From an uncultured Erysipelotrichaceae bacterium (lineage in GTDB: Bacteria; Bacillota_I; Bacilli_A; Erysipelotrichales; Erysipelotrichaceae): a stretch of DNA of 64,000 nt. Below the pieces are notes generated by a model. That model ran no database searches and was not told the DNA's origin. It saw only the letters and a list, made by a program, of their open reading frames with translations. The DNA lies in contig CAYQNJ010000001.1 in assembly GCA_964418835.1 (NCBI GenBank), positions 52,630 to 116,629 of the forward strand. The letters are read 5' to 3'. This document shows, one piece after another, positions 39,978-49,160 of this stretch (the stretch's first letter is position 1; each line of letters begins with the position of its first letter). The position numbers were made by a program, and so were the translations under genes.

Positions 39978-40035
39978 TTAACGTTTTTTTCTATTTGTTA
40001 AAAATAAAGGTATAATAGTCAAATAGAGGTAAAGT

Positions 40036-40734
40036 ATGGGAACTATTATTAACTGTATTGCGATTATTATTGGGAGTATTGTAGGTTCATTCTTAAAAAA
40101 AGGCATTTCTGATAATTTACAAAATGCTATTTTTTCTATATTAGGTATAGCAATAATAATTGTTGGATTAAATGGTGTTTTATCAAATATGGCTACAATA
40201 GTAGATGGCACAATCGTAACTAGTGGAGAGATATTATTGATTATTAGTTTATCTATTGGAGTTTTAATAGGTGAGGTTATAAAGATAGATGATAAATTAA
40301 ATGAATTAGGAAAGAAATTAGAAAATAAATATAAAATAAGTGGTTTTGCGAAAAGTTTTGTTACAGGAACATTGATATTTTGTGTTGGTGCTATGGCAAT
40401 AGTTGGTTCCTTAAATGATGGCTTACTAAATGATTATAGTTTATTACTTATAAAATCTTTATTAGATGGTATTGTTAGTGTCATCTTAAGTGCAACTATG
40501 GGTATAGGTGTTTTATTTTCTTTTATACCTGTTGGTTTATATCAAGGATCTATTACTTTGCTATCTTCATTCTTAAATCCATTCTTAAGTAATGAATTGA
40601 TTAGGTTAATATGTATGGTAGGTTATACTCTTGTTATCACAATAGGTACTAATTTTACATTTAAAACCAATATAAAAACAGCTAATTTATTGCCATCTTT
40701 AATTATTCCTATAATATATTATTTTATTTTTTGA
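40036..40734 (+). CDS. DUF554 family membrane protein (YqgC-like)
   Basis: MGTIINCIAIIIGSIVGSFL... typical DUF554 6-TM protein. Confidence 0.7.
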   Translation: MGTIINCIAIIIGSIVGSFLKKGISDNLQNAIFSILGIAIIIVGLNGVLSNMATIVDGTIVTSGEILLIISLSIGVLIGEVIKIDDKLNELGKKLENKYKISGFAKSFVTGTLIFCVGAMAIVGSLNDGLLNDYSLLLIKSLLDGIVSVILSATMGIGVLFSFIPVGLYQGSITLLSSFLNPFLSNELIRLICMVGYTLVITIGTNFTFKTNIKTANLLPSLIIPIIYYFIF

Positions 40735-41894
40735 TTGTTATTCCTATATTGAATAGGTGTTAAACTATATTTCTTTTTAAAAGAATTTTGAAAATGACTT
40801 TGACTTGAGAAATGTAGTTTTTTACTTATTTCAACCACACTAATATTTGTTGATTCTAATAACTTTTTAGAATGTTCTAGCTTTGAATTAATTATATATT
40901 GTTGAATTGTTGTTCCTGTGTCTTTAGTAAAACACTTTGATAAGTGATTTCTAGTAACATTTAATTTTAAAGCTATATTATTTACAGTTAATGGTGATTC
41001 TAAACTTTCATTAATATAAGTTATTGCCATTTTAACAAGGTTTGAATAATTTTTTGTATTTTTTAAAGTACTTACTCTATCGAAATATATTTTTAATGTT
41101 TCGTTAAATATACTTTCTGCATTTTTAAATGTTTTTGTTTTATTTAGTTTATTAATCATTAATTTAGTTATTTTACTAGTAGTTTTACTGTCAACACCTG
41201 CTTTAATAGCATATGTTGATATTATGGATAGATAATAAATTATATAGTTTTTAAAACTTTGAATATCTTCATTAATATCATCAAATATTAAATCTTTATT
41301 AGGGTAAAAGTTTGAGAATGTAATAAAACCTAATTGATTACCTTCAACAATGAAGTTTTCAAGTTTTTCCATAAAAACATCATTGTTTGATTTATTAATA
41401 TTCACAGATTTCATTTTTTCTAAATCATATATATCATATTGACTTATTAGGTTATATTCATTAATTGATGAATTATTTATTGTAAAATCTAATAACATCA
41501 TAAGATTTACAAACTGTTCATAATCTACAGGGTTTGCTACTAACAATTCATCAGTTATTAAAGATTGTTCCTTAATATCTAATTTAAGTTTTTTTAGTAT
41601 TAAATCTATTTCTTTTAAATTTAAATACTTTTTAATTACTGGACCAATAATTAAATCAAAACTAGAGTTTTTAGATTTAACTTTAATCTTTCCTAAAAAC
41701 ATTGAATCAAAGTGATAAGTAATATTAGCAGTTTTATTAGTAGTATTAGAATAGTATAAATTATTAATTAAGGATAGAAGTTTATTCTTTTTAGGTATAG
41801 AAAAAAGAAGCTTATCATTTTTAACACATGTTATTGGTATTTTATTATAAGCATAAAAATATTCTAAATATGACATAAATTTACTGTTGGACAT
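40719..41894 (-). CDS. AraC-family transcriptional regulator with an uncharacterised N-terminal domain
   Basis: C-terminal double HTH (VNNIALKLNVTRNHLSKCF... and EISKKLHFSSQSHFQNSFKKKYSLTP). Confidence 0.75.
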   Translation of the reverse strand: MSNSKFMSYLEYFYAYNKIPITCVKNDKLLFSIPKKNKLLSLINNLYYSNTTNKTANITYHFDSMFLGKIKVKSKNSSFDLIIGPVIKKYLNLKEIDLILKKLKLDIKEQSLITDELLVANPVDYEQFVNLMMLLDFTINNSSINEYNLISQYDIYDLEKMKSVNINKSNNDVFMEKLENFIVEGNQLGFITFSNFYPNKDLIFDDINEDIQSFKNYIIYYLSIISTYAIKAGVDSKTTSKITKLMINKLNKTKTFKNAESIFNETLKIYFDRVSTLKNTKNYSNLVKMAITYINESLESPLTVNNIALKLNVTRNHLSKCFTKDTGTTIQQYIINSKLEHSKKLLESTNISVVEISKKLHFSSQSHFQNSFKKKYSLTPIQYRNNNQKIK

Positions 41895-42016
41895 TTAATA
41901 CCTCAAATAATTAATATAATTTTATCATATTATGTATGCAATAATTATATATTTTTTTCTTTCGTTATTCGCAAACAATATGTTGTTATGATAAAATATT
42001 AAGAATAGGAGGGATT

Positions 42017-42754
42017 ATGAAGAAAATAATTTTATTAATATTATTAATATGTTTAAGTGCATGTTCAAATAATATAAATTTTGAAACTGAATTAAAAAAA
42101 GCAGTTGAAGAAGAAGTTGCATTAAAAGCATTTTCTCCTGATAATTCCAAAATCTATTTTAGATATTATACTGAACCAGATGTTGGTAATGTTTATTCAG
42201 ATCAAACAAGTAATGTATTCTTATATAATGATACTAAGTTTATTATGAATTTAAATGTTTCTAGTATAATTAATAATAAGTATTACAATAATGAAATTGT
42301 AAAAGATATACAATTGAATGATGAGTTTAAGTTATTTGATTTTAATGGTGAATATGTCGATTATAAAAATAATACTTACCCTTATAAAGTGGATGTTTAT
42401 AAAGTAAATGATACATATTATATTAAACTAAATAGCCAATATGTTTCATTCTATGCTAATGGTAATGAGATAAATATTATAAATGTTTCCAGAAAAATGA
42501 TTAGAATAGCTAAATCTATTAATATTTATGAAGATGAGGTTCTAGCAAATTTTTCTTCAAAAGAAACTATTGAATATACAAAAGAAACTATACAATTGTT
42601 TGATGTAATTGTTCCTGTAAATGGAAAGATTCAAGATATTATTGAAAATAATGATATTAATAACGGTTCTTTTGGAGATGATTATGAAGAGGGAACTGAT
42701 GATAATGTTGATACAATTGATGATTATCAAACAGATGATTATGAAACTAATTAG
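42017..42754 (+). CDS. Lipoprotein with acidic C-terminal tail
   Basis: Lipobox LSACSNN; tail GDDYEEGTDDNVDTIDDYQTDDYETN. Confidence 0.55.
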   Translation: MKKIILLILLICLSACSNNINFETELKKAVEEEVALKAFSPDNSKIYFRYYTEPDVGNVYSDQTSNVFLYNDTKFIMNLNVSSIINNKYYNNEIVKDIQLNDEFKLFDFNGEYVDYKNNTYPYKVDVYKVNDTYYIKLNSQYVSFYANGNEINIINVSRKMIRIAKSINIYEDEVLANFSSKETIEYTKETIQLFDVIVPVNGKIQDIIENNDINNGSFGDDYEEGTDDNVDTIDDYQTDDYETN

Positions 42755-42816
42755 GTAAAATGATATAATTATGTTATTCTAATTTGTGATATTAAACAAA
42801 GTAAAGGAGATTATTT

Positions 42817-43521
42817 ATGTGGAAGAAATTTACTGATTTATTATTTGAAGATGACGATACTATTGAAGAAGATGTAGAACAAGAAATAGTCGTAGAAAAA
42901 CCGAAAAAGGTTGTAAAACCAATTACAATTGAAGAACCAAAACCTACTCCAGTGTTTGTAGAACCTGCAAAGATTGAAGAACCTGTAGTAGTTGAGGAAA
43001 AAACAAAAACACCAATTAGTATGGTTGTTGATGATTTACAAGAAGTTAAACCACAACAAAAACCTGTTGAACAAACACAACAAAATAGATTAAGACCTAG
43101 AATTGTGCCTGTTTCTAAAACTGAACCAAAAAACACTTATGAATTTACTCCTGTAATTTCTCCTATTTTTGGTATAAGTGAAAAAGATGTTGATGCTGTT
43201 ATACCTACAAATCCAAACAAGAAAAAAGCAGTACCTGATAGTAAAATTGGAACTGTTATATCTCCAATGTATGGTATTGATAGAGATAATGAACCAGATA
43301 CAATAGTTGGTAAGGTTAGTCCTAAACAAAATAGTGTTGAAGAAGTTGAAGCTGAAGAAGAAGTTCCAAATTTCTCATTAGATGATATCTTAGCAAGAAG
43401 AAATTTAGATAATAATGATGAAAAAACAAAATTCTTTAAAACTTCTGATTTAGAAAATGATGTTGATAGAACTGTTGTTTTAAGTAGCCATAATATGAGT
43501 TTGTTTGATGATGAAGAATAA
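42817..43521 (+). CDS. Acidic, likely disordered protein with N-terminal amphipathic segment and duplicated VISP(I/M)(F/Y)GI motif
   Basis: MWKKFTDLLFEDDD... then Pro/Glu/Lys/Val-rich region; motifs TPVISPIFGISEKD and GTVISPMYGIDRD; overlaps murC by 17 nt. Confidence 0.55.
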   Translation: MWKKFTDLLFEDDDTIEEDVEQEIVVEKPKKVVKPITIEEPKPTPVFVEPAKIEEPVVVEEKTKTPISMVVDDLQEVKPQQKPVEQTQQNRLRPRIVPVSKTEPKNTYEFTPVISPIFGISEKDVDAVIPTNPNKKKAVPDSKIGTVISPMYGIDRDNEPDTIVGKVSPKQNSVEEVEAEEEVPNFSLDDILARRNLDNNDEKTKFFKTSDLENDVDRTVVLSSHNMSLFDDEE

Positions 43522-44821
43522 TTTTTACTTCATTGGGATAAAAGGTACAGGGATGGCTGCGCTTGCTCTAATTTTACATAAATTAGGCAATAGTGTTACC
43601 GGATGTGATTTGTCTAAACATTTCTTTACTGAAGAACCATTAATTGAAAATAATATAAAAATAGAATCTTTTGAAGATGCTAGTATTCCAAGTAATTCTA
43701 TAATTATAATTGGAAACGCATTTTTAGAAGATTTTCCACTTGTTGTAAAAGCAAGAAGTAATAAAACAAATACATGTTATAGATATCATGAGTATTTAGG
43801 TGTGTTCATGAATGATTATCATTCGATATGTGTTGCAGGTAGTCATGGTAAAACAACTACAACAGGCATGCTATCTTCAATGATGTCTGCTTATGATACA
43901 ACAGGTTATCTTATAGGAGATGGTAGTGGGAAAATAGAATCGGATACTAAATATTTTTGTGTTGAAGCAGATGAATATAGAAGACATTTTTTAGAATACC
44001 ATCCCAAATATGCCATAATAACAAACATAGAAATTGATCACGTTGATTATTTTAAAAGTGAAGAAGATTATCAACTATCATATGAACAATTTATTAAACA
44101 AGTTAAAGAAAAAGTTTTAATATTTGGTGATGATGAAAAGACAAGAAATGTAAAAGACAATGATAAGTTAATTTGGTATGGAATTAATAATAACAATGAT
44201 TTACAAGCAAGAAATATAGTTGAATCTACTAAGGATATTAAATTTGATCTATATTATTTAAATGAATTTAAACATAGTTTTCATTTAAACTTGGTTGGAA
44301 GGCATTTATTATGGAATGCGCTTGGAGTAATTGGTATAGGAATGTTAGAAAATATACCTTTTGAAACTATTGAAATTGGATTAAATTCTTTTAAAGGTGT
44401 TAAAAGAAGATTTGTAATTGAAGAACATAACGAAAATATTTATGTTGATGATTATGCACACCATCCTACAGAAGTTTCAATTACAATAGATGCTGCTAGG
44501 ACAAGATTTCCAGATAAAAAGATTATTGCTATATTTAAACCTCATAGAGTATCTAGAGTGTTTAAATTTGCTAATGAGTTTGCAAAAGCGTTAAAGAAAG
44601 CTGATGAGGTTTATTTGTGTGATTTTACAAGCATTGATGATAAAGAAGAGGGTATTGATATAGACATTTCATATTTAAAAAATATGATTGATAATTCTAT
44701 TGTTGTTGAAGAAAATGAAGAAGGAGCAAAAATTTTGGCTTCAAGAAGTCCTGCAGTTTTCTTGTTTATGTCTAGTAAAGATATATATCCTTTAGCTCAA
44801 ATGGTTAAGCGCTATCAATAA
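43505..44821 (+). CDS. murC: UDP-N-acetylmuramate--L-alanine ligase
   Basis: FIGIKGTGMAALALILHKLGNSVTGCD N-terminus, GSHGKTTTT P-loop. Confidence 0.9.
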   Translation: MMMKNNFYFIGIKGTGMAALALILHKLGNSVTGCDLSKHFFTEEPLIENNIKIESFEDASIPSNSIIIIGNAFLEDFPLVVKARSNKTNTCYRYHEYLGVFMNDYHSICVAGSHGKTTTTGMLSSMMSAYDTTGYLIGDGSGKIESDTKYFCVEADEYRRHFLEYHPKYAIITNIEIDHVDYFKSEEDYQLSYEQFIKQVKEKVLIFGDDEKTRNVKDNDKLIWYGINNNNDLQARNIVESTKDIKFDLYYLNEFKHSFHLNLVGRHLLWNALGVIGIGMLENIPFETIEIGLNSFKGVKRRFVIEEHNENIYVDDYAHHPTEVSITIDAARTRFPDKKIIAIFKPHRVSRVFKFANEFAKALKKADEVYLCDFTSIDDKEEGIDIDISYLKNMIDNSIVVEENEEGAKILASRSPAVFLFMSSKDIYPLAQMVKRYQ

Positions 44822-44874
44822 TATTGAAAATATTTTCATTATAATTTATAATTGTTTTAAAGAGGTGGTAAATT

Positions 44875-45270
44875 GTGGATGCGTTATTACTTGCTTTAAA
44901 AAATGTTTCTGAACAACTTCTTCCAATATTGGGTGCAGTTGTTTTGTTTTATTTATGTATTGTATTCAAGAAGTTAAGTGTTTTATTAGATTCATTATCT
45001 AAAACAGTTGATAACTTAAGTCCTACTATAAAATTAGTAGATCAAAGCATTGAGAAAGTTCAAGCTCCTTTAAATACAGCTGTTAAACTTAGCCATACTA
45101 TTGATGATGTTCATGATAAGACAATTGATTCAGTTGCTAAAGCAACTACTTATATAAATGAAAACATGGATGATATTAAAACCTATGTAAATGATAAAGT
45201 AGTTAAAGTAAAAGATCATTTTGAAAAAGATAAAGATGAGGAGGACATAAACTATGACTTACGACAATAA
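44875..45270 (+). CDS. DUF948 (YtxG-like) membrane-anchored general-stress protein
   Basis: GTG start after RBS AGAGGTGG; single TM LPILGAVVLFYLCIVF then a helical region; position downstream of murC as ytxG in B. subtilis. Confidence 0.6.
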   Translation: MDALLLALKNVSEQLLPILGAVVLFYLCIVFKKLSVLLDSLSKTVDNLSPTIKLVDQSIEKVQAPLNTAVKLSHTIDDVHDKTIDSVAKATTYINENMDDIKTYVNDKVVKVKDHFEKDKDEEDINYDLRQ

Positions 45271-46060
45271 TGAACCTATTGCTTCTATTGAAAAAACAGT
45301 AGAAGAACTAAAAAAGAAAATTGAAGAAATTAAAGATGAACCTGTTGTAAAAGATGAAGAAGAAAAAATTGATGATGCAAGTGATGTGGTTGAAGATGTA
45401 GTTAATGAAGTTAAAGATACTACAGAAGATGTGGTTGATGATGCTAAGGATGTTGTTGATGATATTAAGGATGATGTAGAAGACTTAGTTGATGAAGGAA
45501 AAGAAGTTGTAGAAGATTTAGTAGATAAAGTTGAAGATAAAAAATTTGAAATTCCAAAATTTAAACTAAATAATGAATCAAATGAAAAGTTTAATGAATT
45601 TAAAGAAAAATCTTCTGAAGTTATTAATGATGCAGTTAACCAAATTAAAAGAACTGCTGATGAAGTAGCTTCTAATGAAAAAGTAAGTAATGCATTAGAA
45701 TATATAAAGACAAATGCTGTTAAAGCTGTAGATTTAGTTAAAGATCAACTTGATAATATAGCAGATGATCCAAATGTTCAAAAAGCTTATGTAAATATAA
45801 GAAATAGTTCTAAGGATATGTTAGATAAAGCTTCTAAAGCTATTGATGAAGTAAAAGAAGAGGATGAAATAAAAAAAGTAATTGATAATATTTCTAAACA
45901 AGTTGAAAAAGGAACTTCAACTATTACACAAGGAATTAATGATATTGTAAATAAACCAGAAGTAAAAGAACAGTTAGATAAAGTAAAAGATGTTGCTGAC
46001 GATGCAATGAAGAAAGTAAATGAGACAATAAAAAATATTACTAAACCTAAAGGCGAGTAA
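45254..46060 (+). CDS. YtxH-like acidic coiled-coil/repeat protein
   Basis: Repeated DVVEDVVNEVKD/DVVDDAKDVVDDIKDDVEDLVDEGKEVVEDLVDK units; 17-nt overlap with the upstream gene. Confidence 0.55.
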   Translation: MTYDNNEPIASIEKTVEELKKKIEEIKDEPVVKDEEEKIDDASDVVEDVVNEVKDTTEDVVDDAKDVVDDIKDDVEDLVDEGKEVVEDLVDKVEDKKFEIPKFKLNNESNEKFNEFKEKSSEVINDAVNQIKRTADEVASNEKVSNALEYIKTNAVKAVDLVKDQLDNIADDPNVQKAYVNIRNSSKDMLDKASKAIDEVKEEDEIKKVIDNISKQVEKGTSTITQGINDIVNKPEVKEQLDKVKDVADDAMKKVNETIKNITKPKGE

Positions 46061-46077
46061 TGTTGCAGGAGGAATTG

Positions 46078-47064
46078 ATGAAGAGGGTAACAATATATGA
46101 TGTAGCTAAAGAAGCAAAGGTATCATTAGCTACTGTATCAAGGGTTGTAAATGGATCTGATGTTGTAAAGCAACCTACAAGAGAAAAAGTTGAAGCAGCT
46201 ATAAATAAACTTGGTTATAAACCTAATGCTGTTGCTCAAGGTTTGGCATTACAAAAAACCACAACAATTGGTATGATAATAACTGATGCTAGTGCAACTT
46301 ATACTGGCCAAATCATCAATGGTGTTCTTGATGCTGCTAAAATTAAAAACTACAACATTATAATGCATGCATTATCTGCAGGAATTACTGATATTAATGA
46401 TGTTATAGAAACAATAATTAAATCTAGAGTTGATGGAGTTATTATCTATAATGAAAAAATTGATGTTACTGAATTAGAAGAGCTTTCTAAATATAATATT
46501 CCAATTGTATTTATTGGAAGTAAATCTATAAGTAGAAATGTCGGTTCAGTTTATGTGGATATTAAAAAAGTATGTAGTGAAGCAGTTGATATGTTTTTAG
46601 AAAAAGGATATAAAGACATTGTTTTATTACAAGAAAGACATAATACAAATGTTAATGATGAAATGATAAGTGGAGTTAAATCTGCATATAAAAAACAAGG
46701 TATGAAGTTTAATGGATATATAGAAATTCCAAGTAACATTAAAACATCTTACGATTGTATGAAAGAATATTTAAAAAATAATAAACCAGAAGTGGTTATA
46801 GTACATAGAGATTCTCAAGCTATAGCAACTATAAATGCTGCTAATGAAAATAACTTAAAAGTACCTGAAGATATACAAGTTTTATGTTTATTAGATACTA
46901 AGTATAACTTAATGACAAGACCACAAGTTTCAAGTTATTCATTACCATCATATGATTTAGGTTCAATTGCAATGGCATCTATTGAAAAGATGCTTAATGA
47001 AAATGAAGAAGGAAAATCATACGAATTAAGTTATTTCTACATTCCAAGGGAATCAACTAAATAA
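46078..47064 (+). CDS. ccpA: LacI-family regulator, catabolite control protein A-like
   Basis: VTIYDVAKEAKVSLATVSRVVNG...KPNAVAQGLA and C-terminal MTRPQVSSYSLPSYDLGSIAM closely parallel B. subtilis CcpA; synteny with tyrS. Confidence 0.75.
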   Translation: MKRVTIYDVAKEAKVSLATVSRVVNGSDVVKQPTREKVEAAINKLGYKPNAVAQGLALQKTTTIGMIITDASATYTGQIINGVLDAAKIKNYNIIMHALSAGITDINDVIETIIKSRVDGVIIYNEKIDVTELEELSKYNIPIVFIGSKSISRNVGSVYVDIKKVCSEAVDMFLEKGYKDIVLLQERHNTNVNDEMISGVKSAYKKQGMKFNGYIEIPSNIKTSYDCMKEYLKNNKPEVVIVHRDSQAIATINAANENNLKVPEDIQVLCLLDTKYNLMTRPQVSSYSLPSYDLGSIAMASIEKMLNENEEGKSYELSYFYIPRESTK

Positions 47065-47065
47065 T

Positions 47066-47310
47066 TGACTTTATTTACTTGGTTATTTATAATTTAAAGG
47101 CGTTGATTAGAAATAGTACCATTAAAAGATATATAGAAAGACTTTGGCTGATGTAAAAAGTTTATCAATTATTGGGAATACACCTATGAGCATTTTATTG
47201 AAAAGATAAAACGTATACCCACGTTATAGGGATTTAAGTGCATTATTTTGATGAACTAAGGTGGTACCACGTTAAGCGTCCTTAGAATAAGGATGCTTTT
47301 TTATTAGAAA
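47066..47310 (+). promoter_or_regulatory. Promoter plus T-box leader of tyrS (specifier UAC)
   Basis: TTGACT-17-TATAAT; Stem I GUUGAUUAGAAAUAGUACC; specifier loop GGGAA-UAC-A at 47176-47182; T-box gaactaaggtggtaccacg 47253-47271; terminator gcgtcctta...taaggatgc + T6. Confidence 0.85.
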
Positions 47311-47320
47311 AGAGGAATTT

Positions 47321-48568
47321 ATGAATTTTTTTGAAGAATTGAGTTGGAGAGGTTTAATTAAAGATTGTACAGATATAGACGGTTTAAAGGAAAGACTTCA
47401 AAGTCAAGTAACATGTTACTGTGGTATAGATCCTACTGCGGATTCATTGCATATAGGCCACTTACAGCAAGTTTTATTATTAAGAAGATATCAATTAGCA
47501 GGTCATAAAGTTATAGCTTTATGTGGTGGAGCTACTGGTATGATTGGTGATCCTAGACCTACTACAGAAAGAAAATTAATAACACTTGATGAGGTTGCAT
47601 ATAATGTTGAAAGTATTAAAAAACAACTAACTAACTTCTTAGATTTTAGTAATGGGAATGCTTTACTGTTAAATAACCATGATTGGTTAGGTAATATTAC
47701 TATGCTTCATTTTTTAAGAGATTATGGTAAGTATTTTAATGTAAGTTATATGATTGCAAAAGATACAATATCTTCTAGATTAAATTCAGGAATATCTTTT
47801 ACTGAGTTTACTTATACTATTTTACAAGCTGCAGACTGGTTACATTTATATCAAAACTATAATTGTGAATTACAAATAGGTGGTTCTGATCAATGGGGTA
47901 ATTTAGTGTCAGGTAGTGATTTGATAAGAAAAGTATGTGGTGATAAAGCAAAGGTTTTTGGAATAACTTCTCCTTTAATTACTAAAAGTGATGGAAGTAA
48001 ATTTGGAAAATCTGAAGGAGGAAATGTTTGGTTAGACCCAGAAAAAACATCTCCATATGAGTTCTATCAATTTTTAATAAATATCGGTGATGAAGATATA
48101 ATAACTATGTTAAAGAAATTATCATTTCAAACAAGAGAAGAAATTGAAAGATTAGAAATTGAAGTTAAAGAAAGAGGTCATTTAAGAGAGGCTCAAAAAG
48201 TTCTTGCTAAGGAATTAACATTATTAGTGCATGGTGAAGAGGGCTTAGATTCAGCACTAAGAATAACTGAAACCCTATTTAGTGGTAATATAAAAAACTT
48301 AAGTGCTAAAGAAATTAAACAAGGTCTTAAGGATTCTAAAAACTTTGAAGTAAGTTTAGGAAGTCCTTTAATTGATGAAATGGTTAATACTAAAATAGTA
48401 TCCAGTAAAAGAGAAGCAAGAGAATTAATAAATGCGGGCTCTATTAGTATAAATGGAGATAAAATGACTGATTTAGATAAGATAATATCTAAAGAAGATT
48501 CTATTGATAATGAATTTATAATTTTAAGAAAAGGTAAGAAAAACTATTTTATATTAAACTTAAAATAA
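47321..48568 (+). CDS. tyrS: Tyrosyl-tRNA synthetase
   Basis: HIGH motif (LHIGHL), KFGKS motif, C-terminal S4 domain. Confidence 0.95.
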   Translation: MNFFEELSWRGLIKDCTDIDGLKERLQSQVTCYCGIDPTADSLHIGHLQQVLLLRRYQLAGHKVIALCGGATGMIGDPRPTTERKLITLDEVAYNVESIKKQLTNFLDFSNGNALLLNNHDWLGNITMLHFLRDYGKYFNVSYMIAKDTISSRLNSGISFTEFTYTILQAADWLHLYQNYNCELQIGGSDQWGNLVSGSDLIRKVCGDKAKVFGITSPLITKSDGSKFGKSEGGNVWLDPEKTSPYEFYQFLINIGDEDIITMLKKLSFQTREEIERLEIEVKERGHLREAQKVLAKELTLLVHGEEGLDSALRITETLFSGNIKNLSAKEIKQGLKDSKNFEVSLGSPLIDEMVNTKIVSSKREARELINAGSISINGDKMTDLDKIISKEDSIDNEFIILRKGKKNYFILNLK

Positions 48569-48611
48569 TAGGTTAAATATAATATGTTATAATTTTAAGG
48601 AGGTAAAATAT

Positions 48612-49151
48612 ATGATTAAAAAAATCTCACTTATCTTTATAATTTTAATTAGTTTATTTGGTTGTAATATTATAAATGAAAAACCAGAAAATAAAAGTAC
48701 AACGGATTATCAATCGTATTATAAAGCGTTAGAAGATAATGATGCTTTTATTTCTAATTCCAATAACTATACTATTAATGCAGAAATGGTAAAACTTCCA
48801 AGTGGGAAGAATATTTTTTATATTTTTTTAGATAACCCTCAAATAGCTATGTATGATATAAAAATACTTGCAATAGATTTAGATACAACTTATGAAACCT
48901 CAATTACTATGGCTGCATCATTAGGTATATTTGAACCAGATAAATACTCATTAGTACCATATCAAGTAAATACAAATGCAGGATACTATAAAGGTTTAAT
49001 GATATCTGGTGAAACTGTTAAAGATGAATTAGATATTGGTATGATTGTAAATTGGTACAATAGTGATAGAAAAGGCAGCAATAGAGAGTTTATTAGTTTT
49101 AAATTAAATTTAGAAGGAATAGTAGTACCTCATGATGATATTAGTGAGTAA
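48612..49151 (+). CDS. Lipoprotein of unknown function
   Basis: Lipobox LISLFGC; 179 aa. Confidence 0.5.
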   Translation: MIKKISLIFIILISLFGCNIINEKPENKSTTDYQSYYKALEDNDAFISNSNNYTINAEMVKLPSGKNIFYIFLDNPQIAMYDIKILAIDLDTTYETSITMAASLGIFEPDKYSLVPYQVNTNAGYYKGLMISGETVKDELDIGMIVNWYNSDRKGSNREFISFKLNLEGIVVPHDDISE

Positions 49152-49160
49152 AAGAAAAGT

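Noticed and set aside
39978-40211. 77-aa minus-strand ORF overlapping the DUF554 gene start
   Set aside because: Antisense; Ile/Pro/Phe-rich AT-driven translation
42792-43329. Minus-strand ORFs (42792-43136, 43090-43329) antisense to the acidic motif protein
   Set aside because: Products are Ser/Thr/Gly/Cys low-complexity strings produced by reading the GAA/GTT-rich sense gene backwards
46551-46739. 62-aa minus-strand ORF inside ccpA
   Set aside because: Antisense to a conserved regulator
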